Positions 27,848 to 35,871 of a stretch of DNA of 64,000 nucleotides are shown here, piece by piece. The notes beneath the pieces are model-generated. The model did not search any database, was not told where the DNA came from, and saw only the letters and a list, made by a program, of their open reading frames with translations. Numbering within the stretch: position 1 is the stretch's first letter; the number at the start of each line of letters is the position of its first letter. The stretch is from an uncultured Actinomycetes bacterium (lineage in GTDB: Bacteria > Actinomycetota > Coriobacteriia > Anaerosomatales > PHET01): the NCBI GenBank assembly GCA_963700665.1, contig CAVOYK010000009.1, forward strand, positions 52,324-116,323, read 5' to 3'. The position numbers were made by a program, and so were the translations under genes.

Positions 27848-28660
27848 CTATCGCGCGTCGGCGCGTCTGCCCTTCTCGAGAAAGACGCCATCGGAACTGA
27901 ACCGACGCTTGTAGGTCAGCAGAACCGCCACCACGCTCCCCAGCGCAGTTGCAGCCGCGACCATGAGCATCACGACGATCTGATAGCCGGTCGCGGTCAC
28001 CGGGTCGGCTCCGGCGAGAATCTGTCCCGCCATCATGCCGGGGATGAAGACGATGCCGACCGCAGCCATCGCGTTGATGGTCGGGATGAGACCGGCTCGC
28101 AGCGCATCGCGCACCGAGGTGTGCGCCGCCTCCCATGGAGTCGCACCGAGGGCTGTCAGTGCGAGCACTTCGTCTTGCCGCAAGTCGAGATCCGAGAAGA
28201 CGCGCTCGAGCGCGAGTGCGATGCCGGTCATCGAGTTGCCGAGCACCATACCCGCAAGCGGAATCACGTATCGCGGCTCGTACCATGGGTCGACCTGAAC
28301 GATAAGCCCGGTCACCGCGAAGGTGACGATGAAGCACGTGACAGCCATGGCGATCACCGATGAGGTGAAGATGCGCCCCGGAGCATCGGGGCTGCGTTTC
28401 ACGATGATCTGCGCGGCCATCAGAACCATGAGCACGAGGATGCCGAGCACGAGCCACGGCGAGTCGATACCGAAGACCCAGCGCAACACGAGCCCCAAAG
28501 CCAGCAGCTGAAGGTACGTGCGGACCGTCGCGATCGCGAGGTCCTTCTCGATACCCAGTGACAGTCTGATCGAGATCACGCCCACGAACAGCACGAACCC
28601 GGTGGCGAGCAGGAGCTGCGGCCAGCCGATGACGATGGCGCCCCCTGCCACCTCACTCAC
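27848..28660 (-). CDS. fetB: FetB-type (UPF0014) ABC iron-export permease
   Basis: 270 aa from GTG 28660, which overlaps the fetA TGA. Hydrophobic, with GNSMTGIALALER and ALGATPWEA. Confidence 0.65.
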   Translation of the reverse strand: MSEVAGGAIVIGWPQLLLATGFVLFVGVISIRLSLGIEKDLAIATVRTYLQLLALGLVLRWVFGIDSPWLVLGILVLMVLMAAQIIVKRSPDAPGRIFTSSVIAMAVTCFIVTFAVTGLIVQVDPWYEPRYVIPLAGMVLGNSMTGIALALERVFSDLDLRQDEVLALTALGATPWEAAHTSVRDALRAGLIPTINAMAAVGIVFIPGMMAGQILAGADPVTATGYQIVVMLMVAAATALGSVVAVLLTYKRRFSSDGVFLEKGRRADAR

Positions 28661-29352
28661 GACTCCACCTCCGCGAGTCGGCCTGCCTGCAGCCGCAGCC
28701 GTCGCGACGCAAGGCCGTCGCTGCTGCGGTGCCGCACGCGCACGACCCCGCCGCCCGCAGCCGCGAACTCGCGCGCGATGCACGCCACGGCGTCGGCGCT
28801 CGCTTCGTCGAGCGCCGCGTCCGGCTCGTCGAGCAGCAGCGCGCGAGGAGAGGTGAGCAGCACGCGGCACAGTGCCACGCGCGCCTGCTGCCCGACCGAG
28901 AGCCGGGCGGCATCGCGCTCGAGGGCGATCTCCCCGAGACCCACCGCGGCCAGCTGTTCGAGCAGGCGCTCGTCGCTGGGTGGCGTCTCGGCGGCCCGTA
29001 CCTTGAGCTTCCACGGGAGAGAGAGGTTTTCTCGGACAGAGCCCTTGGCGATCGCGGGCTTCTGCGGCAGCAGCGCCACGGCCGAACGCCACCTCTGCGG
29101 CGTCATCTTCTCGGCCGGCATCCCGTCGAGCTCGAGGTGCCCGCGAACGCCCGGGAGCAGCCACGCCAGCGCGAGGACGAGCGTGGTCTTGCCCGCGCCG
29201 CTGGGTCCGGTGACATCGACGATCTCGCCGGTCGCTACATCGAGCGAGATGCCATCGAGCACCCGTACGTCACCCGAGTCTCCCGCCACGATGGCGTTGA
29301 GGTCGCGTGCGCGAAGCAGAGGTGTAGCGTCCTGGGCAGGCATGCCTGCCAT
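28657..29352 (-). CDS. fetA: FetA-type ABC transporter ATP-binding protein
   Basis: 231 aa, intact. Walker A GPSGAGKTT, signature LSVGQQARV, Walker B LLLDEPDAALD. Confidence 0.7.
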   Translation of the reverse strand: MAGMPAQDATPLLRARDLNAIVAGDSGDVRVLDGISLDVATGEIVDVTGPSGAGKTTLVLALAWLLPGVRGHLELDGMPAEKMTPQRWRSAVALLPQKPAIAKGSVRENLSLPWKLKVRAAETPPSDERLLEQLAAVGLGEIALERDAARLSVGQQARVALCRVLLTSPRALLLDEPDAALDEASADAVACIAREFAAAGGGVVRVRHRSSDGLASRRLRLQAGRLAEVES

Positions 29353-29353
29353 G

Positions 29354-29869
29354 CTACTCGCTCCAGCGCTCCTGGCACACGTACGCGGGCTCGAAGCGCT
29401 CTGCGGGCGGCTTGGTCGCCGCGGGATGACCGATCGCGATCATCGCCATCGGTTCGATGCCCTCGGGGATCTCGCAGATTCGCCGGATGGTGCCGGCGCG
29501 GTCGGCGATAGGATGAACGCCGATCCATACCGCTCCCAAGCCCGTGGCGTGAATGGCCAGCAGCGCGTTCTCGATCGCCGCCGAGCAGTCCTGGACCCAG
29601 TAGCCGGGATGCTTCTCGTTGCGCGTGTCGCCGCAGACCACCAGTGCCACGGGCGCGCTCGCGATCATGCCCGAGTAGGGAGTCGCCTTGGCGAGCACCT
29701 CGCGCCTCTCGGCGCTGCGTACCACAACGAAACGCCAGGACTGATTGTTGCCGGCACTGGGGGCGGCCATCGCAGCGCGCAACACCACCTCGAGCTGTTC
29801 GTCGGTGACGGGCTCGTCGGTGTAGCTCCGAATGGAGCGGCGGGACATGATCGCGTCGAGGCAGTCCAT
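29354..29869 (-). CDS. Nitroreductase-family protein
   Basis: 171 aa, intact: IMSRRSIRSYTDEPVTDEQLEVVLRAAMAAPSAGNNQSWRFVVV. Confidence 0.8.
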   Translation of the reverse strand: MDCLDAIMSRRSIRSYTDEPVTDEQLEVVLRAAMAAPSAGNNQSWRFVVVRSAERREVLAKATPYSGMIASAPVALVVCGDTRNEKHPGYWVQDCSAAIENALLAIHATGLGAVWIGVHPIADRAGTIRRICEIPEGIEPMAMIAIGHPAATKPPAERFEPAYVCQERWSE

Positions 29870-29929
29870 AGCGGTTCCCCCTTGGTCACTGGCGGTCCGG
29901 GTCGGCAGTCCGCCGCTGGTTCAGCGCCC

Positions 29930-30391
29930 CTACTGGACGGCGGTCACCACGTAGTCGAGCTGGGTCGTCGATGTCTCGATCCGCGAGACTGTCACGAAGC
30001 CCTCGAGGGCATCACCCGTCACCGTCAGCACGACGCTTCCGGCATCCTCCCCGCCCGTTTGCTCCTGCGCGACCTTCCACCCGGCCTGCTCGAATCCGGC
30101 GGCGATACCGCTGAGCACGTCCTCATAGGGGTCTGAGGTCACCAGCGTCAGACCGTACGCATCTTCGGTACCCGCGGACTCGAGCACCTCAGCTCCGGGC
30201 CACAGGGGCAGACCCTCAGGGGTGTCGGCTGACAGCTCCCCCATCACCTCGGCACCAGCGACGGCTACCGTCGCTTCTTGAGTGACGACCTTGGGGGGAG
30301 GCGTGAATCGCTCCTCGAGGCTCTTGCAGCCAACCAGCGCGAACAACAGGACGGCTGCCAGTGCGGACAGTGTGATGGTTCGGCGGTTCAT
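29930..30391 (-). CDS. Lipoprotein of unknown function
   Basis: ATG at 30391, MNRRTITLSALAAVLLFALVGCKS lipobox. Acidic mature part. Confidence 0.5.
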   Translation of the reverse strand: MNRRTITLSALAAVLLFALVGCKSLEERFTPPPKVVTQEATVAVAGAEVMGELSADTPEGLPLWPGAEVLESAGTEDAYGLTLVTSDPYEDVLSGIAAGFEQAGWKVAQEQTGGEDAGSVVLTVTGDALEGFVTVSRIETSTTQLDYVVTAVQ

Positions 30392-30631
30392 GCGAAGTCT
30401 CCTCGGACGGTCACCGCAGCGCCGCGACGAGTCGGGCGCAGACCTGTATGTGGCGGAAGCGTCTGGAAATCGAATCCAGCCAGGAGGCTCTTCACCCCCC
30501 ACGACGGTTTTGAAGACCGCGGAGCCCACCAGGACCCATCCGCCTCCGTCGGACGATTGTGGAGAGGACGCCGGAGCGTGTCAAACACACCGCACAATTG
30601 GGCAGCTACTGCACGACGAGAGGGGTTCGAA

Positions 30632-31537
30632 GTGGCGAAGAGGCCGTTGGTGGTTGCGGTGACCGTATTCCTGGTGATCGCGGCACTCATCGCCGCGTTC
30701 GTGGGAACGGCGCTCGCGACCGACAGACCGCAGTTCTGTCCTACGTGTCACGAGATGAAGCCCTACTTCGATGCGTGGGCCGCTGGTCCCCACAACGAAA
30801 CGTGGTGCATCGACTGCCACGTCGAGCCCGGGATGACTGCGCGATTCGCCCACAAGTTCGTTGCGCTCCAGGAGGTCTACTCCCACGTCATCGGCAACAC
30901 GTCGTTTCCCCGCGCCGTTCCGCCCGTAGTCCCCGACGCCCGGTGCCTTTCGTGCCATCCAAGCGTACCCGCCTCGATCGACGGATTCCCGCACGCGGCG
31001 CACGCCGAGAAGGGCTACTGCGCGCAGTGCCACTACAACACCGGCCACGATGTCACCGACGAAGCGCTACAGGCTGCGGGTGTATTCGATCCGGCGGCCA
31101 CGCCGCAACGGCTCGGCGGCGAACTGGCCACCGTCGGCAGCGGCAAGGCGAACCTCGCCGGCCACAAGGCCGTGAGCTGCTCGAAGTGCCATGACATGCA
31201 GGCGACCCCCTGCGCTTCGTGCCATTCGCCGCGCGGCGACGAGCATCCCAAAGTCGGCAAGGTGGCCTGCACGGAGTGCCACCCGACAGACGGCGGGTCG
31301 TGGGCGTTCGCACACCCAAACGTCAAGGGCGATTGCGCTGAGTGCCACAAGGCCCCCGCGAAGCACCCGGCGGGCGCCTGTGAGGCATGCCACAAGAACT
31401 CCGGCCGCTCGTGGTCGTTCGCGCACCCGCGCGCCGGCGAGCACTCGTACCGCAGCTTCCCGTGCAAGAAGTGCCACCCAAGTACCTACGACAAGGTGTA
31501 CTGCACCTGCCACAAGGGCCGTCCTCCTCGCGACTAG
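30632..31537 (+). CDS. Membrane-anchored NrfH/NapC/NirT-type multihaem cytochrome (10 CxxCH plus terminal CTCH) with one di-haem SWAF module
   Basis: GTG at 30632. TM helix VVAVTVFLVIAALIAAFVGTALA, then FCPTCHEM (the CxxCHxM signature of NrfH), CIDCH, CLSCH, CAQCH. The extension carries CSKCH, CASCH, CTECH, CAECH, CEACH and CKKCH. The ORF is intact. Confidence 0.75.
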   Translation: MAKRPLVVAVTVFLVIAALIAAFVGTALATDRPQFCPTCHEMKPYFDAWAAGPHNETWCIDCHVEPGMTARFAHKFVALQEVYSHVIGNTSFPRAVPPVVPDARCLSCHPSVPASIDGFPHAAHAEKGYCAQCHYNTGHDVTDEALQAAGVFDPAATPQRLGGELATVGSGKANLAGHKAVSCSKCHDMQATPCASCHSPRGDEHPKVGKVACTECHPTDGGSWAFAHPNVKGDCAECHKAPAKHPAGACEACHKNSGRSWSFAHPRAGEHSYRSFPCKKCHPSTYDKVYCTCHKGRPPRD

Positions 31538-31640
31538 GAGGCGTTGGCGCTGCTAGCGGGCGTGAGAGGTTTCTCATCCTGGTCTCATGTGGCGTTCACC
31601 GTGCGAGCCGATGCTAGGTGTTGCACGCGCCTCGGCAACC

Positions 31641-33254
31641 ATGGAGAACCGCATGTCTCAGGTACGGAGTTGGGCGGCATCGCACAAAGGACTGGCGGCC
31701 ACGTTCGTTGTGGTGGCCGTTCTGCTGTCTCTCGCCGCCGCCATCGGGGTCGCCCAGGCAACCGACAAGCCCGCCTTCTGCGGCGCGGCTTGCCACGAGA
31801 TGGGTCCGTACCACTCGGCGTGGAGCCAGGGGCCCCACAGCGAGATCGAGTGTGTCGAGTGCCACGTAGAGCCGGGCACCGTTGCACGGCTCACACACAA
31901 GGCCGAAGCGATGCGCGAGCTATGGGTGCACCTGTCGGGCGACCCCAAGTTCCCGCTGCCGAGCACGTCCGTCGTGCCCAACGAGCGCTGTATTCGATGC
32001 CACGAAACGGTCAAGACCAGCGATCTCGACCACGCGAAGCACGCCAAGGACCGACTGTGCATCGACTGCCACTCCGATGCGGGACACAAGGTCGACACCG
32101 CAGCGCTCAGCCAGGCCGGCGTGTTGAGTACCGCGACCAGCCAGACCACGGTGGCCAGCGATACCGCGGTCGCGGTCGTGAACGGTGGATCCGCCAACGT
32201 CGCGGGACACGTCCCGGTTTCGTGCTCGCGCTGTCACGACATGGCCAAGACCGGGTGCGACGCGTGCCACGACTCCAAGCACGAGAAGACGGGACCCGCC
32301 GAGAAGAGCGCCGAGTGCACTACGTGCCACGCACCCGGCACGGAGTTCACCTTCGTGCATCCCGAGGGCAAGTTGGACTGCAGCTCGTGCCACGACCAGC
32401 CCACGACCGATCACGAGTTCACCGGTGAGTGCACTGACTGCCACGCTCAGCAGGGAGCGTCGTGGGCATTCGATCACAGCGGGCGCTCCCAGTGTCAGAA
32501 CTGTCACGAGGCTCCCGAGAAGCACCGCGCGGGAGCCTGCTCCAAGTGTCACAAGCCCGGCCCGAAGTGGACCTTCAAGCATCCGGGTTCGTCCTCACAG
32601 TGCACCGCGTGCCACACGAAGCCCGCGGGACACCGCGCCGGTGCCTGCGCGACGTGCCATCGCACCGGTAGCTCCTGGGCGTTTCGCCATCCCAGCAACA
32701 GGTCGTGCACGAGCTGTCACAACCGCCCGTCCGGGCACCGCTCCGGCTCCTGCACGTCGTGTCACCGCGCCGGTGGCTCGTGGGCGTTCCGTCACCCCAG
32801 CTCAGGCTCGTGCTCCAGCTGTCACAAGCGCCCCTCGGGGCACAAGTCCGGGTCGTGCTCCTCGTGCCACCGCTCGGGCCGCTCGTGGGCGTTCCGTCAC
32901 CCTGGCTCGGGCGCGAAGTGCACGAGTTGTCACAAGCGCCCCTCGGGGCACAAGTCCGGGTCGTGCTCCTCGTGTCACCGCACGGGTCGCTCGTGGGCGT
33001 TCCGTCACAGCAGCTCGAGCCGGTGCTCTTCATGCCACAAGGCACCCTCCAAGCACTACGGATCGTCGTGCTCGTCGTGCCACTCGCCCAGCAGGTCCTG
33101 GCGGAATGCCAAGTTCAGCCACCCACGGATCCGTGGCGGAGAGCATTCGTATCGCAGTTTCGCTTGCACGAAGTGCCACCCAAACGGGTATGGTTCGGCT
33201 ACGTGTCGAGCGTGTCACAGCACTTCGGGCGGTCCAAAGGATGACGACGATTAA
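31641..33254 (+). CDS. Membrane-anchored NrfH/NapC-type multihaem cytochrome paralogue with about 23 haem motifs, including a tandem array of 36-aa di-haem modules
   Basis: Start is ATG 31641 or 31653. TM helix LAATFVVVAVLLSLAAAIGVAQA, then FCGAACHEM (CX3CH), CVECH, CIRCH, CIDCH. Nineteen more CxxCH follow. The ORF is intact (the track lists it from 31587). Confidence 0.75.
   Translation: MENRMSQVRSWAASHKGLAATFVVVAVLLSLAAAIGVAQATDKPAFCGAACHEMGPYHSAWSQGPHSEIECVECHVEPGTVARLTHKAEAMRELWVHLSGDPKFPLPSTSVVPNERCIRCHETVKTSDLDHAKHAKDRLCIDCHSDAGHKVDTAALSQAGVLSTATSQTTVASDTAVAVVNGGSANVAGHVPVSCSRCHDMAKTGCDACHDSKHEKTGPAEKSAECTTCHAPGTEFTFVHPEGKLDCSSCHDQPTTDHEFTGECTDCHAQQGASWAFDHSGRSQCQNCHEAPEKHRAGACSKCHKPGPKWTFKHPGSSSQCTACHTKPAGHRAGACATCHRTGSSWAFRHPSNRSCTSCHNRPSGHRSGSCTSCHRAGGSWAFRHPSSGSCSSCHKRPSGHKSGSCSSCHRSGRSWAFRHPGSGAKCTSCHKRPSGHKSGSCSSCHRTGRSWAFRHSSSSRCSSCHKAPSKHYGSSCSSCHSPSRSWRNAKFSHPRIRGGEHSYRSFACTKCHPNGYGSATCRACHSTSGGPKDDDD
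32493..33101 (+). repeat. Coding tandem repeat: about 6 copies of a 105-108 bp (35-36 aa) unit, C..CH.(K/R)P.GH..G.C..CHR.G.SWAF.HP
   Basis: Units start at CQNCH, CTACH, CTSCH, CSSCH, CTSCH and CSSCH. The copies at ~32820 and ~32928 share a long near-identical DNA stretch (tgtcacaagcgcccctcggggcacaagtccgggtcgtgctcctcgtg). Confidence 0.85.
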
Positions 33255-33705
33255 GCGACGACCAGCACGTGAGGGAGCCCTGCAGGCGCCCGCAGCGCAG
33301 AGGACGGTGGTGATCGCAGGCGCCGTCCTACTGCTCGTTATGGGGAGCGGTCTGGCGGTCGCCGCCGGAGCGGGCAGCACCACACGCGCGTCGACTCCGA
33401 CGGTGATCAGGTCGGACCGCACCGTCGAGCCGGTCCCTGTCGCAGCAACGCCTGAGTCCCTCGCCACCGACGCACAGCAGGCGCCCAAGACCACCAAGCC
33501 GCGCGCGGACAAGCCGTCCGCCGCCGGCTCTGGCCCAGCAGCGAAGAAGAGTTCGCGTAAGTCATCGGCCAAGCGCGCCGAGAAGAAGGACGACGATAAT
33601 CGTGAAACCGTTCGTCCGCCCGTTCGCGACGAGGACGACGACGAGGAACACGAGACCGTTCGTCCGCCCGTTCGCGACGAGGACGACGAGCACGACTCCG
33701 ACTAG
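33241..33705 (+). CDS. Small single-pass membrane protein with disordered Lys/Asp-rich tail
   Basis: ATG at 33241 overlaps the cytochrome stop by 14 nt. Sequence MTTIKRRPAREG..., TM helix VVIAGAVLLLVMGSGLAVAAGAG, tail with ETVRPPVRDEDD twice. It was read from the distal part of ORF 32185..33705. Confidence 0.4.
   Translation: MTTIKRRPAREGALQAPAAQRTVVIAGAVLLLVMGSGLAVAAGAGSTTRASTPTVIRSDRTVEPVPVAATPESLATDAQQAPKTTKPRADKPSAAGSGPAAKKSSRKSSAKRAEKKDDDNRETVRPPVRDEDDDEEHETVRPPVRDEDDEHDSD
33607..33689 (+). repeat. Perfect 35-nt direct repeat, period 48 nt
   Basis: accgttcgtccgcccgttcgcgacgaggacgacga occurs at 33607-33641 and again at 33655-33689. Confidence 0.85.
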
Positions 33706-33780
33706 CTCGGTCAGAGCACGCTGAGGGGAATGTAGTGTCGAGGGCAAAGCTCGTGCGCCCAGCGCCGCAAGGGAGTCGCA

Positions 33781-34449
33781 TTGAACATCCTGCTCGTCGA
33801 AGACGAGGACAACATCGCCTCGTTCATGTCCAAAGGCCTCACAGCCGAGGGCCATCACGTCGAACGCGCGGCAACGGCCGGTGACGGCGCGGCGCTTGCC
33901 GTGACCTACGACTTCGATGTCGTGCTGCTCGATCTCATGCTGCCTGATGCCAGCGGACGAGACGCGCTCGAGCGCATACGGCAGGTCAAGCCGGATGTCC
34001 CCGTCATCGTTGTCTCGGCTCTGGGTGAGACCGAAGACAAGGTCGACCTGCTCGACCTTGGCGCCAACGACTACCTCGTCAAACCATTCGCTTTCGCCGA
34101 GCTTGCTGCGCGAGTGAGGGCGGCGGGCAGACAGGGCGCAGCGTCCGGCCGTCTGCTTGAGGTGACGGATCTGACCCTCGACACGAAGACCCGAGTCGCT
34201 TCGATGGGCGATGGCCGCAAGGTGGACCTGCCCACACGCGAGTTCACGCTACTGGAGTATCTGATGCGGCACCCCGGCCAGATCTTGAGCCGACAGCAGA
34301 TCCTCGACGCCGTATGGGGCATCGACTTCGACACGGACAGCAACGTCGTCGACGTCTACGTGAGCTACCTTCGCCGCAAGCTGGATCTCGGCGATGGGCC
34401 TTCGGTGATCGAGACCGTGCGCGGAGCCGGCTACCGTGTCAGGGCGTAG
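33781..34449 (+). CDS. OmpR-family response regulator
   Basis: 222 aa, intact. TTG start follows AAGGGAG. Receiver domain LLVEDE...VLLDLMLPD, winged-helix C-terminus TVRGAGYRV. Confidence 0.9.
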   Translation: MNILLVEDEDNIASFMSKGLTAEGHHVERAATAGDGAALAVTYDFDVVLLDLMLPDASGRDALERIRQVKPDVPVIVVSALGETEDKVDLLDLGANDYLVKPFAFAELAARVRAAGRQGAASGRLLEVTDLTLDTKTRVASMGDGRKVDLPTREFTLLEYLMRHPGQILSRQQILDAVWGIDFDTDSNVVDVYVSYLRRKLDLGDGPSVIETVRGAGYRVRA

Positions 34450-35845
34450 GCAGCACTTCTCGGCAAGTGCGCGCGTCCTGTTCGCGATGGCGGGCATGCT
34501 CGCGACCGCGATAGCGCTGCTCGTCTTGCTTGCCTATACGGTCACGTGGCAAACGCTCACGTCTTCGCTCGACGAGACGCTCTTCCGCGAATCCCAGGCC
34601 TACTCGGCGGCCATGAAGGGCGCTCCTGCGGGCGACGCGCTCTCGGATGCCACCCGTTCCTACCTGAGCGGGCGCACCGGTGGAGAGGCTGGCGGCGTGT
34701 CCCCCATCTTGCTCGTCAGGCTCAACAACGGGCGAGTGATATCGAACTCGAACCTCCGCATCGAGGACGCGGCGGGGTCACCAGCCACCGCCACTGCGGC
34801 CCCGGTCTATACGACAGTGACCCTCGGCGGCGACGTCTATCGCACGCTCGCGACACCGCTGTTCGCGCAAGGCGAGCAGGTGGGCCTCTTCGAGGCCGCT
34901 CTCGCCTTGGGTCCCATCCAGCAGACGGCGTCCAACGTGGCGACGACGCTGTCCGCGGCGGGTCTGATCGCACTCGCGATCATGTTGCCCCTCGCCTACT
35001 TCGCCACCCGAAGAGCGCTCTCCCCACTCAGGCGCATGGCCCAAGATGCCGCCGTGGTATCGCACGCTCAACCTGGTCGGCGCATCGACTACAACGGGCC
35101 GCGCGACGAACTCGGATCGCTGGCCGACTCGCTCAACAGCATGCTGATGCGACTTGAGAACTCCTTCGACGACCAGCGCCGTTTCGTCGCTGACGCGAGT
35201 CACGAGCTGCGCACGCCCGTAGCCGTTGTGCGCGGCAACGTCGAGCTTCTGCGCTCCGGGAGGTCCACTGGCGCGGAGGCCACCGAGAGCCTGGCGATGA
35301 TCGAGAACGAGGCCGTGCGCATGACTCGGCTGCTCGACGAGATGCTCGCGCTTGCCCGGCTCGAGGACCCGGATCGTCTTCAGTTCCAGCCGCTCGACGC
35401 CAAAACGCTCGTTGAAGAGGCCGCTGCCCGTGCGAAGACGCTCGGGACGCGGCAGATCGTACAGGCCGATGTGTGCGACATGTGGGTCGAAGGCGACCCG
35501 GACCTGCTAGACCGCGCACTGCTGAACCTCGTGAAGAACGCGGTCGCCCACACGCATGAAGGTGGCCGGATCGTACTGGGGTGCACGGCCGACACCAAAC
35601 ACGTGCGGATCTCGGTCACCGACGACGGTCCCGGCATCCCCGCGCCAGAGCTTGACCGGGTCTTCGACCGTTTCTATCGCGCTCACGGTGGGCGCCGAGA
35701 CGACGCGACCGGCGGGGCGGGGCTCGGCCTGGCCATCGTCCGCCGGCTTGTGGAACTGCACGGCGGCACGGTGCAGGCAGAAAACGTCGATCCCCACGGG
35801 GCTCGCTTCACCATCGAGCTTCCCCGGATCACCACGCCGACCTAG
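34436..35845 (+). CDS. Sensor histidine kinase (two TM segments, HAMP, HisKA, HATPase_c)
   Basis: 469 aa, intact. H-box ADASHELRTP, N-box LLNLVKNAVAH, G-boxes DDGPGIP and GGAGLGLAIV. Confidence 0.9.
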   Translation: MSGRRQHFSASARVLFAMAGMLATAIALLVLLAYTVTWQTLTSSLDETLFRESQAYSAAMKGAPAGDALSDATRSYLSGRTGGEAGGVSPILLVRLNNGRVISNSNLRIEDAAGSPATATAAPVYTTVTLGGDVYRTLATPLFAQGEQVGLFEAALALGPIQQTASNVATTLSAAGLIALAIMLPLAYFATRRALSPLRRMAQDAAVVSHAQPGRRIDYNGPRDELGSLADSLNSMLMRLENSFDDQRRFVADASHELRTPVAVVRGNVELLRSGRSTGAEATESLAMIENEAVRMTRLLDEMLALARLEDPDRLQFQPLDAKTLVEEAAARAKTLGTRQIVQADVCDMWVEGDPDLLDRALLNLVKNAVAHTHEGGRIVLGCTADTKHVRISVTDDGPGIPAPELDRVFDRFYRAHGGRRDDATGGAGLGLAIVRRLVELHGGTVQAENVDPHGARFTIELPRITTPT

Positions 35846-35871
35846 CCTACGTCGCCGTGCGTCTGGGGCTC

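Noticed and set aside
32493-33101. Regularly spaced ~108-bp repeats that might resemble a CRISPR-like array.
   Set aside because: The units are contiguous without unique spacers, lie in frame within an intact ORF, and encode CxxCH modules.
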